From NCBI GenBank assembly GCA_965208575.1, contig CBDBOV010000004.1, forward strand, positions 768,001-832,000: 64,000 bases of DNA, in the 5' to 3' direction. Within the stretch, counting starts at the first letter, position 1, and each line of letters starts with the position of its first letter. The notes under the pieces were generated by a model. It had not been told where the DNA came from, did not search any database, and saw only the letters and a list, made by a program, of their open reading frames with translations. Position numbers and translations under genes: made by a program. Of this stretch, positions 19,237 to 28,298 are shown in pieces. The DNA is from Spirochaetia bacterium (GTDB lineage: Bacteria > Spirochaetota > Spirochaetia > SZUA-6 > Bin103).

Positions 19237-19782
19237 ATGACAGCCATGACATCGGTCAACTTCACTGGCGAGATCTTCGCAGAGGGTTCTTGCTATGTGG
19301 CCGTGTGCCGGGGACTGGACGTCTCGAGCTTCGGCGACAGCCCGGGTGACCACACAATGATGACGAAACCCGGCATTCGGCGAGGGGTCGCCCCGGCGCG
19401 GGGCGATCGACTTGAGGTGGAACTGCTGGGCGCCGAGGATCTGTGTCTCTCGGTTCAGGTGCTGCAGGAGTTCTACGTCCAGGCCACCCGAGCGACTCGC
19501 GCCGAGCCCCTGCCCCACGACGACGCATTGGCTTTCATCGACACTTGGCAGCGATTCCGGGTACAGGAGGTGTCGATTGCGCTGCTTCGGGAGGCGCTGG
19601 CGGCGACCAGGCGGTGGCGCGTGTCCTACTGGGATGCCGCCATCATCGAAGCGGCGCGGATGCTCGACTGTGACCAGCTTCTCACGGAGGACCTGAACGC
19701 CGGCCAGGTGTTCGACGGGATAACGGTGGTCAACCCATTCACGGCACTAACCGATACCCCTCCCGGTGCCATCCAAGGCTGA
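19237..19782 (+). pseudogene. Chimera of a HicB-like N-terminal fragment and an N-truncated PIN (VapC) domain
   Basis: 'YVAVCRGLDVSSFGDS' joined to 'LSVQVLQEFY...SYWDAAIIEAA...LLTEDL..GQ..GI.VVNPF'; first PIN motif (DTN) absent. Confidence 0.65.
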
Positions 19783-19863
19783 CCGTGCAGGTCGGCCGTG
19801 AACTGGCCGAACACCCCCGCCGCCGGCCGGCGTGGCGATGCCGGCAGAGGTCTGGCTCCCCGC

Positions 19864-20565
19864 CTACACTGACCGAGTGATACCGCCATCGACACGGATG
19901 TTCTGACCGGTAATGTAGGCGGCGGCGTCCGAAGCCAGGAACGCGATCAACGCGGATACTTCCCGGACCCGGCCGTAGCGTCCGAGTGGAATGCGCTCGC
20001 GCCGCGCGGCCGCTTCCGGCAGGCTGTCGATAAAGCCGGGAAGGACGTTGTTCATCCGAATGCCGTCACTCGCATGCTGATCCGCGAACAGTTTCGCATA
20101 CGCCGCGAGCCCGGCGCGGAACACCGCCGAGGTGGGAAAGTCGGTATCCGGCTCGACGGCGGCAAATGACGAGATATTGATGATCGATCCGCCGCCTCCG
20201 CGCGCCATGACCGGCGCCGCCAGCCGCGCTGCCCGCACGGCGGCGAGAAAGTACACTTCCATGCCCTCGCGCCACTGGTCGTCGCTCAGCTCCGACACCG
20301 GGCCGCGCGGCCCGTGCCCGGCGGAATTCACCAGTACGTCGATGCGTCCCCAGCGCGCGACCGCGGCGTCGACGAGACGGCGGAGATCCTCGTTCGAGCG
20401 GTTCGACCCCGTGACCCCGACACCACCCAGCTCCCGCGCCAGCGCTTCACCCTTTCCCGACGAGGAGAGGATGGCCACCGAGTGTCCCTCGCCGACAAGA
20501 GTCCGTGCCGCGTCGGCACCCATGCCGCTGCCCGCCGCGGTCAGCACCGCCACCCGTGAAGCCAT
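19864..20565 (-). CDS. SDR-family oxidoreductase
   Basis: 'TAAGSGMG', 'IDVLVNSAG', 'IINISS', 'YITGQNIRVDGG'. Confidence 0.92.
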   Translation of the reverse strand: MASRVAVLTAAGSGMGADAARTLVGEGHSVAILSSSGKGEALARELGGVGVTGSNRSNEDLRRLVDAAVARWGRIDVLVNSAGHGPRGPVSELSDDQWREGMEVYFLAAVRAARLAAPVMARGGGGSIINISSFAAVEPDTDFPTSAVFRAGLAAYAKLFADQHASDGIRMNNVLPGFIDSLPEAAARRERIPLGRYGRVREVSALIAFLASDAAAYITGQNIRVDGGITRSV

Positions 20566-20653
20566 CGTCCCGACGATACCTCCCGTCAGGACGAGCGTTC
20601 AATGGTCCCGCGGTACAGTCGCGGTGTCAGTCTGGTTGTCACGGTCCGGGGAC

Positions 20654-21703
20654 TCACACTTGCGACGGCAGAGGCTCTCTGATCTCCTGGTCCTCTACGC
20701 CCGCCGCTTCACTGTGGAAATACAGGATGAAGGTTCCCAGCCAATGGCTCACGTCGTAGCCGCCGGTGAACGCGGCCGATACCGCGGCCTGCGCCTCGCG
20801 CCGCGCGCGGCCGGCCGCGGCGCGCCACCGCGGGCTCGCTGCCGCGCCGTGGCGGGCAATGGCGTGCAGGCACCAGGCACGATGGAACGCAAGTCCCAGC
20901 AGGTGCGCCGATTGCGGGTCGCCGGCGGCCGGCGCCGGCAGCGCGGCCAGCAACGGCTCCAGCGCCGCCGGCGGCAGGAAGCGGTGCAGCCAGGTGCGGT
21001 AGACGCCGGGCCTCAGAACCCGTCTCATCAGGTCGGCCTCGGCCAGGCAGGGCGACAGGAAGTCGCTTCCGGACGGCTCGTAGCGCGTCGGACAGGCCGT
21101 GTCCGCGAGAAACAGCCGCCGTGCCGCGGCGGCCAGCTTCTCGGCAGCGGCCTCGTCCCCCAAGGTGTCGAGGGCATCCAGCATCAATGCCAGCGAGAAC
21201 GCGGAGTTGGCGTGCAGTCCGTTCCGGATCGGTGCCGGCAGGCGCCGGAAGTAGGTCACCGCCCGCGCTGCCAACAGCTCGGCCAGGGGAGCCAATGCCG
21301 CCCGCCAACGCGCCGCGGAGGACGTGTCGAGCCGCGCCAGCTCCGCCGCCAGCGCCAGCAGCCACGCCCAGCCGTAGGGCGCCTCGAACAACAGCGCCTC
21401 GGGCCGGTGCAGGTAGGCGACCTCCGCCGCCACGGTGGCGGGTCTCAAGTGGTGGTCGAACACCGCGGCGGAGCGCGCGTTGACCTCGGCTTGCCGCTGC
21501 AGGCGCATCACTCGCGCCAGGCACCAGTGCGCGTGCACCGCGGAGTGCCAGTCGAAGCAGCCGCCGAACGCCGGGTGCAACCCCGTACCGCGGTCGGTCG
21601 GCGCCGTGTACACGTGGTGCGGGGCGTACGGGTAGGCGCGGTCCACGCAGGCCAGCGCCAGGCGCGCCAGCCGTGGATACAGCGTAGCGGCGTGCAGGCT
21701 CAC
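20654..21703 (-). CDS. DUF2891-family protein
   Basis: 'LHPAF.GCFDWHSAVH.HW', 'FE.PYGWAWLL.L', 'G.H.NSAF', 'EPSGSDFLSPCL.EA', 'HWLGTF'. Confidence 0.8.
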   Translation of the reverse strand: MSLHAATLYPRLARLALACVDRAYPYAPHHVYTAPTDRGTGLHPAFGGCFDWHSAVHAHWCLARVMRLQRQAEVNARSAAVFDHHLRPATVAAEVAYLHRPEALLFEAPYGWAWLLALAAELARLDTSSAARWRAALAPLAELLAARAVTYFRRLPAPIRNGLHANSAFSLALMLDALDTLGDEAAAEKLAAAARRLFLADTACPTRYEPSGSDFLSPCLAEADLMRRVLRPGVYRTWLHRFLPPAALEPLLAALPAPAAGDPQSAHLLGLAFHRAWCLHAIARHGAAASPRWRAAAGRARREAQAAVSAAFTGGYDVSHWLGTFILYFHSEAAGVEDQEIREPLPSQV

Positions 21704-21772
21704 CGCGCATCCCCACGGCGCGCCCCGCCCGCGGGGAGACTACGGTCGAACGGCCGCGCCGCCACCGGGAAC

Positions 21773-22552
21773 CTACACCGAGACCAGTTGGCGGCGCAGT
21801 TCCGCTACGCCGGGCGGGGCCTGCGCGAGTTGGTCCTGCCACCGGCACTCCAACGAGTAGGCGCCGTCGTAGCCGATGCGGGCGAGGGCACGCAGAAACG
21901 GCCGAAAGTCGTCTCCGGCCACGCCCGGCGGCGTTCGCTCGGCCTCTTCGGCCACGTGCACGTGCCGAATCAGGGCGCCGGCGCGTTCGATGGCGTCCGG
22001 ACCCTCGTCCTCGCGCAGCATGTGGTACAGGTCCGCGAGCAGCATGACGTGCGGATGGTCAGCGGCGCGCACCGCCTCGGCGCCCTCGGTCACGCTGTTG
22101 ATCAGGTTGCACTCGGCGGTGTTCAGCGGTTCCACCACCACGGTGACGCCGGCTTCGGCCGCGGGCGGACCGACGGTCCTCAGCGCCTCCACGAACTGCT
22201 GCTCCGCACGACCGCGGTCGAAGCCCTCGTCGACCTGCCGCGAGGCGCCGCTGCCGTACACGACGATGCCGATGCCGACCTGGCGGGCGCGCCGGAACGC
22301 GGTCCGCGCGTAGCGCCGCAGCCGCTCCAGGTCCACCTCCGGCCCGGTCGAGCGCAGATCGCGCGGCAGGAACACGTTGACCGCCGGGATCGGCAGCGCG
22401 GCCAGCGCGGCGCCGTCCGGGGGCCGGAACGCCGCATCGGGCTGCTCGGGCACCAACAGCCTCAGTACGGTCTCTTCGGCGAAGTCGATCGCATCCGCGA
22501 CGGCGCGCAACTCCGCGTGCGCTCCGCACACGCCTATCCGTGGCTCACCCAT
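21773..22552 (-). CDS. Sugar phosphate isomerase/epimerase (xylose-isomerase-like TIM barrel)
   Basis: 'EPLN..E', 'D.YHM', 'HVH.AE', 'GYDG..SLEC'. Confidence 0.85.
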   Translation of the reverse strand: MGEPRIGVCGAHAELRAVADAIDFAEETVLRLLVPEQPDAAFRPPDGAALAALPIPAVNVFLPRDLRSTGPEVDLERLRRYARTAFRRARQVGIGIVVYGSGASRQVDEGFDRGRAEQQFVEALRTVGPPAAEAGVTVVVEPLNTAECNLINSVTEGAEAVRAADHPHVMLLADLYHMLREDEGPDAIERAGALIRHVHVAEEAERTPPGVAGDDFRPFLRALARIGYDGAYSLECRWQDQLAQAPPGVAELRRQLVSV

Positions 22553-22780
22553 GCCCCCTCCTCAGCAGTCGCCTGCGTGGTTGTGCGCGAGTGTAGCGCG
22601 TTGCCGACCCCGCGTCTCGCCTATCTGCGCCGCGGCAGGCAGTGGCGAGTGTGACGCCGGCCAGTCGCCGTCACGGTCGACGGCGTGCCGGCGCAGCCGA
22701 CGGCCACCCGGACCGCGGCCGGAGGTTGCCGGCCAATGTCGTAGCGGCCAGCCGGCCTGCCTGGCGACCGTCTCTTCCGT

Positions 22781-23761
22781 TTACGGAACTGGGGCGCCGC
22801 GGCCGGCGTTGAACAGCCGGTACCACTCGGCGCGGGTCAGCGTGACGTTCACCCCGTCGGCCGCCTGCCGGATCTCCGCCGGCGTCCGGCCGCCCAGCAG
22901 CGGCTGTATGCCGGCCGGATGGCGCAGGATCCACGCGATGGCGATGGCGGCGGGATGGACATCGCGCGTCCGCGCCACGGACGCCAGTTCGCGCCGCACC
23001 GCGAGCAGCCGGGAGTCGGCCCCGGCCGCGTCCTCCCGGACCAGCCGGCCGGCGCCGAGCGGCGCCCACGCCTGCACCGTGATACTCCGTTGCATGCAGT
23101 ACGCCAGGGTACCAAAGCCGCGTACCGGGCGGTCCGGCTGTGCGTCGTTGACCACCACGGCGTCATCGATCAGGTCGGGATGCGCCAGGCTCACCTGGAG
23201 CTGGTTCACCAGCAACGGGCGATCCAGGGCGGCCTGCAGCAGCTCGATCTGCCCCGGGGCGTAGTTGCTGACACCGAATTGGCGCACTTCGCCCGCGGCG
23301 TGCAGGCGGTCGAACGCCGCCGCCACCTCCGCCGGCTCCAGCAGCACGTCCGGCCGGTGCAGCACGAGCAGGTCCAGGTACTCGACCCGCAGGCGCGCCA
23401 TGCTGCCGCGCGCGGCCGCCAGGATGTGCTCGCGGCTCGAATCGTAGCAGGTCCCCGCCCGCGAGGTGTCATCGGCGGAGCGCACCACGCCGCACTTCGA
23501 TTGCACCACCACCCGCGAGCGCAGCGTTGCGTCCAGTTGCCAGATCTCCGAGAACGCCCGCTCCGCCTTCCCGAACGCGTATACGTCGGCCAAGTCGAAG
23601 TGGTCGATACCCGCATCCAGCGCCGCTTCCAGAGCCGCGCGAGCCTTCCTCCGGCGCTCGGGAGTCAACGCTCCCGCATCCCACGGTCCGCCCAGCGCCG
23701 CGCAGCCGTAGGCCAGCCGGCTCACCAGCGGCCCGCCCCGGCCCAACTGCATCCGTTCCAT
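22781..23761 (-). CDS. Aldo/keto reductase (YdhF-like)
   Basis: 'FDLADVY..G.AE', 'QSKCG', 'YLDLLVLHRPD', 'FGVSN'. Confidence 0.9.
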   Translation of the reverse strand: MERMQLGRGGPLVSRLAYGCAALGGPWDAGALTPERRRKARAALEAALDAGIDHFDLADVYAFGKAERAFSEIWQLDATLRSRVVVQSKCGVVRSADDTSRAGTCYDSSREHILAAARGSMARLRVEYLDLLVLHRPDVLLEPAEVAAAFDRLHAAGEVRQFGVSNYAPGQIELLQAALDRPLLVNQLQVSLAHPDLIDDAVVVNDAQPDRPVRGFGTLAYCMQRSITVQAWAPLGAGRLVREDAAGADSRLLAVRRELASVARTRDVHPAAIAIAWILRHPAGIQPLLGGRTPAEIRQAADGVNVTLTRAEWYRLFNAGRGAPVP

Positions 23762-23971
23762 CACGCCTCCTCTGCCGTCATCGCGGACGGCGACCCCAAT
23801 GATGACACATCTGAACCACCGCCGAATCCGAACCCCGCAGTTCGTAGCTTTCTGTCGGACTTCCTCCCACGTCGACGGCGTGCGCAGGGTTCGCGTTCGC
23901 CGGCCGGTGCGGGTGCGCAGGTTGTTGACAGGAAAATCGGGCGCACGGACATTGAAGACAAGGAAGCTGAC

Positions 23972-24619
23972 ATGGACACTGCGGTTGCCGCCGAACAGAC
24001 CGATCGACTGCGGGTCGTCACGTCCGACGACTGCACGCTCGCCGACTTGTCCGCGTTGCAGGGGCACTGGACGCAGGCGCAGTACCTGAAGCTGACGAAT
24101 GAAGCCAATCGCCTGATCGAGTTTACCGACGGACGCATCGAGTTTCTGCCCATGCCTACCCAGCGACATCAAGCGATTTCGCGATTCCTGTTCCGGGCCC
24201 TGGATTCGTTCGTTCGCGACATTGGCGGGGAGGTATTCTACGCGCCCTTGCGGCTGCGTATCCGCGACGGCAAGTTCCGCGAGCCGGATCTGCTGCTCGT
24301 CCGTGACGCCGACGACCCTCGCTGTCGGGACGACTATTGGCTTGGTGCGGATCTGGTCATGGAGGTGGTCAGTCCGGACAATCCCGACCGGGACATGGTG
24401 GACAAGCGCGTCGACTACGCTGAGGCGGGCATCCCCGAATACTGGATTGTCAACCCGCTCGACGAGACCGTGACGGTGCTCTTCCTTGCGGACGGCGCAT
24501 ACCGGGAACACGGCGTATTCCGACCGGGCGCTCACGCCGGTTCGACGGTGCTGCCCGGGTTCTCGGTCAACGTCCGGGAGTCATTCGCCGCGGCGCGGAC
24601 GCGTCAACCCGACCCCTGA
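23972..24619 (+). CDS. Uma2-family PD-(D/E)XK endonuclease
   Basis: 'IEFTDG.IE..PMP...HQ', 'REPDL', 'DLVMEVVSP', 'K..DYA.AGIPEYWIVNP'. Confidence 0.9.
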   Translation: MDTAVAAEQTDRLRVVTSDDCTLADLSALQGHWTQAQYLKLTNEANRLIEFTDGRIEFLPMPTQRHQAISRFLFRALDSFVRDIGGEVFYAPLRLRIRDGKFREPDLLLVRDADDPRCRDDYWLGADLVMEVVSPDNPDRDMVDKRVDYAEAGIPEYWIVNPLDETVTVLFLADGAYREHGVFRPGAHAGSTVLPGFSVNVRESFAAARTRQPDP

Positions 24620-24799
24620 AGCTCAGCATTCCCGAGGCAGGGAGACCGACTCCGTCGACGTGATCGAACTGACGTGGGGAGTGACCCGATGATCAGGCAC
24701 AAGCTGTCCACCGGCGTGCAGACCTTCGGCTGCCGGTCATCCGCTGCCCCTGTCCGAACCCGACTCCGAAACAGCCCTCGGTTCAAATTGACCTTTACA

Positions 24800-24828
24800 G
24801 AGTGACATATATTCCTATATTGTCACTC
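24800..24828. promoter_or_regulatory. Palindromic operator GAGTGACA-N13-TGTCACTC
   Basis: Perfect 8-bp inverted repeat 5 bp before ATG 24834, in an AT-rich patch. Confidence 0.55.
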
Positions 24829-24833
24829 CTGAA

Positions 24834-26168
24834 ATGACTGTTTCGCGAGAGTTCCTGCGCTCCAAGTTGGACGAGTCGCTGGCCCTCCCGCGGCGCCGAC
24901 TCACCCGCCGTGACGTGCGGGTTCCCGCCATCGCCGGGAAGGCGTTCGCGGTCATCGGCGTGCGGCGCAGCGGCAAGACCTCCTACCTCGCCGAGTATCG
25001 CTCCCGGAACCTGCACGCCGGCGTGCCCGCCGAGTCGCAGTTGCTGCTTCTGCTCGAGGACGAGCGGCTCGCCGGTATCACCGTAGACGACCTGGGTTGG
25101 ATGCTCGAGGAGCACGCCCGCCGCTTTCCGCAGTCGTACGTGCGCGAGGAGGTCACCTTGTACCTGGATGAGGTCCAGTACGTCCCGGGCTGGGAGGGAC
25201 TCGTACGCCGGTTGATCGACACCGGCGGCGTACAGGTGTTCGTGACCGGCTCCTCGGCACGCCTGCTGAGCAGGGAGGTAGCGACCAGCCTGCGTGGCCG
25301 CGCAATGGAGGTGCTGATCCACCCCTTCAGTTTCCGCGAATCGTTGCGCCACGCCGGCGCGGAGCCGGCTCCGCGCCACGCGCCGGACACGGGTCCGGAG
25401 GCGGCAGTGCTGCACCAGCGCCTGTGGCGCTACCTGGTCGAGGGCGGCTTTCCCGAGGCGCAGGGCGCCGAGCCGCGCGACCGCGCGGCGTTGCTCGCGG
25501 GGTACGTCGACGTGGTCGTGCTGCGCGACGTGATCGACCGCCATGCGGTGTCGAATCCGCTCGCCCTGCGCTGGTTGCAGCGCCAGTTGCTGGCCAACCC
25601 CGGAGGCGGCTTCTCGGTGAACAAGCAGTACGACACGCTGCGCTCCCAGGGGGTTCGCGTCGGCAAGGATACCCTCCACGAGTACCTCGGCCACCTGGAG
25701 GATGCCTTCCTGATCCGTACCGTCTCGCTGCACACCGCCTCCGAGCGCCGCCGCATGGTCAATCCGCGCAAGGCTTACCCGGTGGACCCGGGCCTGATCG
25801 CCCTGTTCGCGCGCAGCGGTCGCAGCCACCACGGGCGCGCGCTGGAGACCGCCGTTCTGCTGGAGCTCGAACGACGCGGCTGGGAGGTATCCTACCTGCG
25901 CACCGAACAGGGCTGGGAGGTCGACTTCTTCGCTCACCGTGCGGGAGCGGCGCCGATGCTGGTCCAGGTGTGCCTGGAGACCAGCCAGGACGCGACCTGG
26001 GAGCGGGAACTGCGCGCCCTCCAGGCGGCGGGGGCGTTGTACCGGAATGCCAGCCGCTGGCTGGTCACGCTCGACCCGTCGCCGCCGCGGCGCCTCCCGG
26101 AAGGCGTGACGTGGGCTTCCGCCGCGCACTGGCTGCTGGACGATTGGGAGCGTCCGGGCTCTTCGTGA
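24834..26168 (+). CDS. AAA+ ATPase (AAA_14) with DUF4143 C-terminal domain
   Basis: Walker A GVRRSGKT, Walker B YLDEVQ, 'VTGSS', 'GGFPE', 'K.Y.VD.G', 'EVDF'. Confidence 0.88.
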   Translation: MTVSREFLRSKLDESLALPRRRLTRRDVRVPAIAGKAFAVIGVRRSGKTSYLAEYRSRNLHAGVPAESQLLLLLEDERLAGITVDDLGWMLEEHARRFPQSYVREEVTLYLDEVQYVPGWEGLVRRLIDTGGVQVFVTGSSARLLSREVATSLRGRAMEVLIHPFSFRESLRHAGAEPAPRHAPDTGPEAAVLHQRLWRYLVEGGFPEAQGAEPRDRAALLAGYVDVVVLRDVIDRHAVSNPLALRWLQRQLLANPGGGFSVNKQYDTLRSQGVRVGKDTLHEYLGHLEDAFLIRTVSLHTASERRRMVNPRKAYPVDPGLIALFARSGRSHHGRALETAVLLELERRGWEVSYLRTEQGWEVDFFAHRAGAAPMLVQVCLETSQDATWERELRALQAAGALYRNASRWLVTLDPSPPRRLPEGVTWASAAHWLLDDWERPGSS

Positions 26169-26181
26169 TGCCGGCTCCGGT

Positions 26182-26496
26182 TTATCGGTCTCGTTGCCGG
26201 CGGCGGGAGTGCGACGCGCGACCGCTGCCGCCGAGCATGACCGAGGCGCCGATCAGGAAGCCGAGGTTGTACCAGCCGCCGTTGTTGTGGGCTTCGTAGA
26301 TGCCCACGCCGGAGGAGAACAACGAGATGACGAAGGTGACCGGGGTAATGAACCCGTGCCAGAGCCCCAGCCAGAACCCGGCGACCGAACCTTCGAGATC
26401 CGCGCTGCCCTGCAGCTCGTTCGGCTGCGGCGCGCAGGCGGCGAGCGCAAGGAGGGCGACCGCGGCAAGCGAAAGGAGCCGACCGTAACGTACCAA
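26182..26496 (-). CDS. Small membrane lipoprotein, hypothetical
   Basis: Lipobox 'LAAC'; 'AGFW.GLWHG.I.P..F..SLF...V.IYE..N.G.WY..GF..G'. Confidence 0.75.
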   Translation of the reverse strand: MVRYGRLLSLAAVALLALAACAPQPNELQGSADLEGSVAGFWLGLWHGFITPVTFVISLFSSGVGIYEAHNNGGWYNLGFLIGASVMLGGSGRASHSRRRQRDR

Positions 26497-26666
26497 GGGT
26501 GATTACCTCCCCGAGTTTGGATAATTGACCGATTGGTCCGTATGCTATCATGCTTCCACGCAGGGCGGGAACCGGCGAGAAACCGACGACATGGCCAAGT
26601 ACGCTGACGCCGTGCACGCTCGCGCGGGCGGTTTGAGAGCCTGCCCCGAACGGTTAAGATGACCCG

Positions 26667-28235
26667 ATGATCAGGCGCAGGCTGCCTATCGGCATGCAGA
26701 CCTTCCGCAAGCTGCGCGAGCACGATTGCTACTACGTGGACAAGACCGCATACGTCAAGCGGCTGCTCGACGAGGGCACCCACTACTTCCTGTCGCGGCC
26801 GCGGCGGTTCGGCAAGAGCCTGTTCCTGGACACGCTGAAGGAGCTGTTCGAGGGCAACGAAGCGCTGTTCGAAGGACTGCACATTCACGACCGCCACGAC
26901 TGGTCGCAGCGCCATCCCGTGGTGCGGCTGGACTTCGCCCGCGGCCACTTCGTCGAGCCCGGCGCTCTGCACGCCAACGTGGCGGCGCAATTGGACGGCA
27001 TCGAGGTACAGGCCGGCGTGCGGCCCCGCTACGAGACGCCCGCGGAGCGATTCGGCTACCTGATCAGTAGGCTGCACGAGCGCAGCGGGCAGCGGGTCGT
27101 GGTGCTGGTCGACGAGTATGACAAGCCTATCCTTGATGCCCTGGAGCAGCGCGAGATCGCGCGCGCCAACCGCGACTACCTGCGTGGCCTGTACGGCGTG
27201 ATCAAGGCGAGCGAAGCAAACGTCCGGTTCACGTTCCTCACCGGTGTGAGCAAGTTTCCCAAGGTCAGCGTGTTCTCTGTACTGAACAACCTTACCGACC
27301 TCACCCTCGACCGGCGCTACTCGGCGATATGCGGGTACACGGAACACGATTTGGACACGGTGTTCGCGCCCGAACTCGCCGGCCTGGACCGGGAGCAGGT
27401 GCGCGAGTGGTACAACGGCTACCGATGGCGCGGCGAGGAGAAGGTGTACAACCCCTACGACGTGCTGCTGCTGTTCGACACCCGCGAGTTCGAGGCGCAC
27501 TGGTTCGAGACCGGCACGCCGGCATTCCTGGTGGACACCCTGGTCAGCCGCGGGGTCGCGTCGGTGTCACTGGACCAGACCCTGAGCACCGCGGATCTGC
27601 TGGCGGCGTTCGACGTGGAACACATCGGCACCGAGGCGCTGCTGTTCCAGATCGGCTACCTGACGATCACGGGAGAGGAGAAGCTGGGCGGCATGCCCCT
27701 GTATCGCCTCGGCTATCCGAACCGGGAAGTCCGCCAGAGCCTGAACCGCGTGCTGTTGCGCCACCTGGTGCAGGACGCCGGACAGCAGATGCAGAACAGC
27801 ATCCGTCTGGCGCGCCTGCTGGAGAGCGGCGACTGCGAAGGCCTGCGCGATCTGTTCCACGCCTTCTTCGCCGGCATCCCGTACGAATGGCATGCCGCCG
27901 ACGGCTGTCGGCGGACCAACAACGACATCGCGCGGTACGAGGGCTACTACGCGAGCGTGTTCTACTCCTACTTCGCAGCGCTCGGCTACGAGATCGCGGT
28001 GGAGGAGTCGAGCAGCCACGGCCGGCTGGACATGGCGGTGCGCACCGGCGGGCACGTCTACCTGTTCGAACTCAAGGTGGTGGAGATGACGCCGCCGGGC
28101 TCGGCGCTCGCGCAGTTACGGGAGCGCCGCTACGCCGACAAGTACCGCGCCCGCGGCGAGCCGATTCACCTTGTCGGTGTGGAGATCAGCCGCGAGACAC
28201 GCAACGTCACCGCCTTCGAAGTCGCCGACGGCTGA
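26667..28235 (+). CDS. AAA-ATPase-like protein with C-terminal PD-(D/E)XK nuclease (PDDEXK_9), copy 1
   Basis: 'LPIG.QTF..LR', 'YYVDKT', 'LSRPRRFGKSL', 'LVDEYDKP', 'GRLDM....YLFELK'. Confidence 0.92.
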   Translation: MIRRRLPIGMQTFRKLREHDCYYVDKTAYVKRLLDEGTHYFLSRPRRFGKSLFLDTLKELFEGNEALFEGLHIHDRHDWSQRHPVVRLDFARGHFVEPGALHANVAAQLDGIEVQAGVRPRYETPAERFGYLISRLHERSGQRVVVLVDEYDKPILDALEQREIARANRDYLRGLYGVIKASEANVRFTFLTGVSKFPKVSVFSVLNNLTDLTLDRRYSAICGYTEHDLDTVFAPELAGLDREQVREWYNGYRWRGEEKVYNPYDVLLLFDTREFEAHWFETGTPAFLVDTLVSRGVASVSLDQTLSTADLLAAFDVEHIGTEALLFQIGYLTITGEEKLGGMPLYRLGYPNREVRQSLNRVLLRHLVQDAGQQMQNSIRLARLLESGDCEGLRDLFHAFFAGIPYEWHAADGCRRTNNDIARYEGYYASVFYSYFAALGYEIAVEESSSHGRLDMAVRTGGHVYLFELKVVEMTPPGSALAQLRERRYADKYRARGEPIHLVGVEISRETRNVTAFEVADG

Positions 28236-28249
28236 CGGCGGTCCGACAT

Positions 28250-28296
28250 CCCGCGAAGCCGGGGTCCGCGGCACGCGGGGCCGACTGCTTCGCGGG
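28250..28296. terminator. GC-rich hairpin between convergent genes
   Basis: CCCGCGAAGC...GCTTCGCGGG 10-bp stem; no U tract. Confidence 0.4.
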
Positions 28297-28298
28297 CG

